Made by a program: the position numbers and the translations under genes. Source: Hormiphora californensis (lineage: Eukaryota > Animalia > Ctenophora). Taken from it: a stretch of DNA of 64,000 nucleotides. Of this stretch, positions 59,107-64,000 are shown in pieces (within the stretch, counting starts at the first letter, position 1; each line of letters starts with the position of its first letter). The DNA is taken from positions 434,001 through 498,000 of the forward strand of contig CM035357.1 in the NCBI GenBank assembly GCA_020137815.1, given 5' to 3'. The notes beneath the pieces were generated by a model that worked only from the letters and a program-made list of their open reading frames with translations, was not told the origin of the DNA and searched no databases.

Positions 59107-59657
59107 TGTCATTATGGTAGAGCATGAGCAATACATGCCAGCTGGCTTTTGTTAAATATTACAATAATTCGATTCAAGCAAATCTACCACACCCCATAAA
59201 TTAAATTTAAAAATTAAAATAATCTGGCTTGAAAACCAAGTATAGAGCTACTGGATGAAAAAAGAATGGAAAAAGTAATGCTCCTACTGAACGAGTTCGA
59301 GTCTGAGATCTGGAATGTTCTAGTATTCTACGTCAAGCCATGACACTGTCATTGACAGGTCGTAAGTTGCATCTCACATGCTATAGTGACACGTCAAGGC
59401 CAACACCTAGCACTCCCTCTCACAAAATGAACAATAGGAAAAACCTAACCTACCAGTTTTATTAGAATGCCATTCTAAAAGCTATAGTGTTTTAGGTCAG
59501 ACTAGGGCATAAAACTTCGTAGAGAGAGACTATTGCATTTGTCAGGTCTAGAAAGCACGTGTTAGAGTGGTCGACTGACCTGCTGCAGCTGTAGTGAGAT
59601 GTGAGAACTATTAGCCCTATTTCATTATTGGATTTTCTGCCTCTCTCTTTCTCTCTT

Positions 59658-59732
<75 letters not shown>

Positions 59733-59886
59733 CTCTTTCTCTTTTTATCGACTCTCATGTGCAAAAGTAGCTATGAAATAAATGCATGGCGAGGAATTCG
59801 ATTACATCGTGGCATCGTACAATGCATCTGAGAGATACGCAGAGAAGAGAGAGATGAGAGAGAGAGGGAAGAGAGAGAAGAGAGAG

Positions 59887-59918
<32 letters not shown>

Positions 59919-62269
59919 AGAGAGAGAGGAAGAAAGAGAGAGAGAGAAAGAGGGGGGGGGAGAGGAGAGGGAGGGAGAGAGAAGAGAGAGGAGAGGAGGA
60001 GAGGATGAAGAGGAGACGAGAGAGAAGAGAGAGAGAGGAGAGGAGGAGAGAGGAGAGGAGTGAAAGGAGAGAGTGGAGGAGAGATATCTTTTTTTTACCG
60101 GAAGGAACGAATAGCAAAATAAAACTGTAACGAAACAAAATGAACACCGCGAGCAAGATAAACAAGACGTACGACCAAACATAACACAGAAAAAAAGAGG
60201 GAAAATAGAGTCGAGTAGAGAGTACAAGTCAAGGAGACAAGAGCTCTCGACGCACACTTGCTAATGCAGGCATGCCCTAAAAGAAAGGGAAGAGCACCTC
60301 AGACTGAGAAAGTAACAGAAAGAAAGTCACCACATAATGACCAACAGCAAACCTGCTTGAGATTAAGCACAAATTACTAACGTACACAATTAATTAACCC
60401 GTCTGCTCCCCACACTCCTGAGATACTACAGCTTCAGAGAGGAGTCTAATGCAGAAAGAGGGTGGGAAGAATAACAGGATCGGTTTTTTTGGAGTCATGG
60501 CGCGCAATGAACCAAGCAAATGGAGATGAAAGTCTTGACCAGACCGGTGATCATGAGGACGCACAGAGGAGGTCATGCACATCCTAGATATGATAGATAG
60601 AAAGTTAGGTGCCAACGGCAGCACGGAGTTTTTATACATAGCGAAAATCCATACCAGGGGTACATAACATATAGAAACAGGTGAACTGTGTCCCCTGGCG
60701 CACCGTCGGTGCGCGCGTCCTGTACCCATAAAGGCCATCGTCACTGGCAAGGGTTTATGTACGAGCCGCTGGATATTGACGCAGTTACTCGGCCTCCTGA
60801 GCTCTTGTTTTTAGCTTTTGGAGCCTCTCTCTTTTCTCTTTTCCGCGGCGAAAACACGACACGGGTCGACAACTTGGAAGCGCCACCAACAAGGTACGGA
60901 CGCTCAGGCAGACGCCGGGAACGGCTTCAGCATAGCATATCTAAGCCTCCTGGGAATTTCTTACGAGTAAAAAATAATATCGGCTGGAGCGTAATCACGG
61001 AAGAGGAAATTGAGAGTCGAGACGATGTAGGACAGCACGAGAAGGACACTTACGCTTGGGATTCCAAGCCATGTGGCCGCGAACAATTGCTAAAGAGCGT
61101 AGATAACCCACGAGCTCTAAGAAATGATGATGAAATGAACGGCTGACGCGATCGAGAGAGATGAGGGTCGAGAGATTTTTTTTTTCTTTTTTAAGGGAGG
61201 GAGGAAGGAGAGCAAGGGACAACGATGGGGGGGGAATTGGAGAGCCAACACAGAGAACAGAGGAAAGGTACGCTGGACGACGAGTAAGACAGAGACTGAA
61301 GAGGAGAGATCCATGACGAAGCACGAGAGAACAGAGACAAGACTGTCGAGAGGGAGGGAGAGAGAGAGAAAGAGGAGAGCAGAAGGAGGAGGAGGGACGG
61401 AGCTGACGAGGCGAAGAGGAGAAGAGAAGGAAAGGCCACGGAAGAAAAAGAAGAAGAGGAAGAAAGAAATGAGGAGGAGGGGAAAGGAAGAGAAAAGAAT
61501 AAGAGAGAAAGAGACAGAGAGAGGGGAATCATTATCAAGGAAATACACAACAAGAAATTGACTGGTTATAGAAAAATCTGTAACTTTTATTAGCCATCCT
61601 ATACACCAACAGCAGCTGTTGGCTGTAAACAAAAATCAGTTCATCTTTTTTGCCACGATATTCAATCTCCCACATGAAAAACAAGATAGGTACCCTGGTA
61701 CCAACTATGGCTCGTTTTGTTCAAACCCGGGGCGCAGTGAGATAGTGCCGAGCAAGGCAAGAAATGGCATAACAAGGCAAGAAATGGCATAACAACTTCA
61801 AAGAGACTTCAAAGAGACTTCCCAACTTGGTAACCATCTAAAACCTAGCCTGGTCCATACTCTATTCGATGTGGACCAGAGGAGACTAGAGAGGGAGTCA
61901 CGTTAGTAAAGTCATGCAGTGTGTAGGAAAGATAGAGAGAGGGGGGGGGGGTGAGAGAAGCATGATGAGGGAGAAAAAAAAGAAGGAGAGAGAAGAAGAA
62001 GGACGAGACGAGAGAGAGAGAGAGAGAGAAGAAGACGGAGGAGGGATATCTGAAGAGGAGAGAGAGAAGAGAGGAGAGCAGAGAGAGAGAGAGACAGGAG
62101 AGAGAGGGCAGAGATTTGCATAATGATGCCATTCATGCGCAGGCAAACAACTGCACCGGAACACACAAGAGAGCAATGCATGAGCAAAAAGAGAGAGGAG
62201 AGAAGAGAGAGAGAGAGTAGGAGAGAGAGAGGCATGTGAGCGAGAAAGAAGAAAACAAAAAAAGGTTTC

Positions 62270-63780
62270 AAGGAATTTTTAAAAAAAAAAAACCAAAAGA
62301 AAAATGAATTAATTAAAGGGGCCTTAAAAAAAAAAGAAAGGGGGAAGAAAAAAAAAAACGGGTGGGCCCCAAAAAAAAAATTTTGGGGGAAAAAGGGGGG
62401 AGGAAGGGGGAGAAGGGAAGAAAGGAAAAAAAAAAAGGAAAAAATAAAGGAGAAAAAAGGGAAGGGATTTTGGGGTTTTTTAAGGGAGAGGAGGAGAAAA
62501 AATAAAAAAATTTTTCTTTTTTAAAATTTAAGAGTTTTTAAAAAAAAAAAGAGGGGGAGGGAGGAAGAAACAAAAAGAAAAAAAAGGAAAAAAAAGGATA
62601 AAAAAGGGGGGGAAAAAAGAAAAGAAAAAGGAAAAAAGGGGAAGAAAAGGACTAAATGGAATAAAAAGGAAAAAAAGGAAAAAAGGAAATGGGAAAAAAA
62701 AAGGAAAAAGAGAAGAAAAGGAAAAAGGATTAAAAGGAAAAAAAAAAAGAGAAAAAAAAGGGGAAAAAAAAAAAAAGGGGGGAAAAAAAAAAAGAGAGGG
62801 GGGGTAAAAAAAAAAGAAAAAAAGATTTGAGAGAAAAAAAAATTTTTAAGTTTTCCCCCCCCAAAAAAAAATTTTTAAAAGTAAAAGGGCCTTTAAAAAA
62901 AAACCCCACCCTTTCCCCCTCCCCCCTTTTTCCTTTTTCCCCTTTTTCCCCCCCAAAACTGGGGTCCCTTATTTTTTTTTCCCCTTACCCCCAAACACCA
63001 ATTTAAACCCCGAAAAAAATTAAAAGGGGGATTTTTGTTTTTGTAGGGTTTTTTTTTTAAAAAATTTTTTTTTTTTCTTTTTTTTTAAATTTTTTCTTTA
63101 AAAATTTTTGGGAAAAAAAAAATTAAACAAAAATTTTTTTTTTTTCTTTTTTTAAAAAATTTTTTTATTTAAAAAAATTTTTTTAAAAAATTTTTAAAAA
63201 AAAAACAAAAAAAAAAATTTTTTTATTTTGGATTTGGAAAAAAAGGGGGGGTGGGTTTTTTTTTAAAAAAAAAAATTTTTTAAACCCAAAAAAATAAATT
63301 TTTAAAAGTTGGGGAAAGAAAATTTTGGAGGGGGAAAAGGGGGAAAATTTTTAAAGGGGGGGGTTTTTTTAAAAAAAAGGGGGGGAAAAAGGGTTTTTTA
63401 AATTTGGGGGGAAAAAAAAAAAAAGAAAAGAGAGAAAACCCCGGGGGGGAAAAAAAAAAAATTTTTGGGGGAAAAAAGGGGGAAAAAAAAAAAAAAAGGG
63501 GGAGGAAAAACCCGAAAAAGGGGGTGGGGGGGGGGAAAAAATAAAGGGGGGGGAAAGAGGAGAAAAAAAAAAACCCCCCAAAAAAAAAAAAAAAAAAAAT
63601 TTTAAAAGGGAAAGGTGAAAAAAAAAAAAGGGAAAGGGGTCGGAGGGGAAAAAAAAGAGGAAAATTTAAAAAAAAAGAAAGGGGGAAAAAAAAAAAAATT
63701 TTTGGAAAAAAAAAAAGGGGGGGAAAAGGGGGGAAAAAAATTTTTTTTTAAAAAACTGAGAGAGAGAGAGAGTGAGAAGA
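62270..63780. other. Homopolymer-rich, uninterpretable sequence; probable basecalling or assembly artefact
   Basis: Irregular runs of A, G, T and C with no periodicity, flanked by degraded (GA)n. Confidence 0.75.
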
Positions 63781-64000
63781 GGAGGAGGGGAGAGAGAGAG
63801 AGAGAGAGAGAGAGGAGATTGTACACATGTGTAGGACACGTGCAACTTCAATCTCCTCCAAGCACAACAGCCCCCCCCCCCCCTCCAGTCCCTCCCCTCT
63901 ATCAGCTCTCTCTAGCTGAACAATATTCAACACTGATCACGTAGGGATCACGTACATCACCACCACTCTAAATTGTCTAGAACCTTCCCGGTAAATAGGG

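Noticed and set aside
60390-61150. Coding-like GC-balanced segment, possibly a membrane-protein exon on the minus strand
   Set aside because: Stops in all plausible frames within a low-quality region; no recognisable motif.

Overview
Eukaryotic animal genomic DNA with short GT-AG introns, (GA)n microsatellites and many MITE/foldback elements. From memory, the repeat families and the nested-gene architecture resemble ctenophore genomes; this is an inference and was not checked. Spliced genes reconstructed by hand: a class-I glutamine amidotransferase-like gene (+), a calpain (CysPc+CBSW, +), a secreted protein with two selenoprotein-P-N-like thioredoxin domains (-), MTMR14/Jumpy phosphatase (-) with an intronless BTB/POZ gene nested in one intron on the same strand, p38 MAPK (+), and an orphan multipass membrane protein (-). 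Also present are a 5'-truncated LINE and several long palindromic non-autonomous DNA elements with distinct TSDs. The main unexplained signal is that all six spliced genes carry intronic 'echoes' of their own splice junctions: tandem or near-tandem copies of the exon end plus splice site, from 1 to about 105 copies. Where echoes differ from the exon or from each other, the differences are mostly synonymous in the exon's reading frame. Parts of the window (about 8950-9230, 47000-48480, 59830-63780) look like low-quality basecalls and cannot be interpreted.
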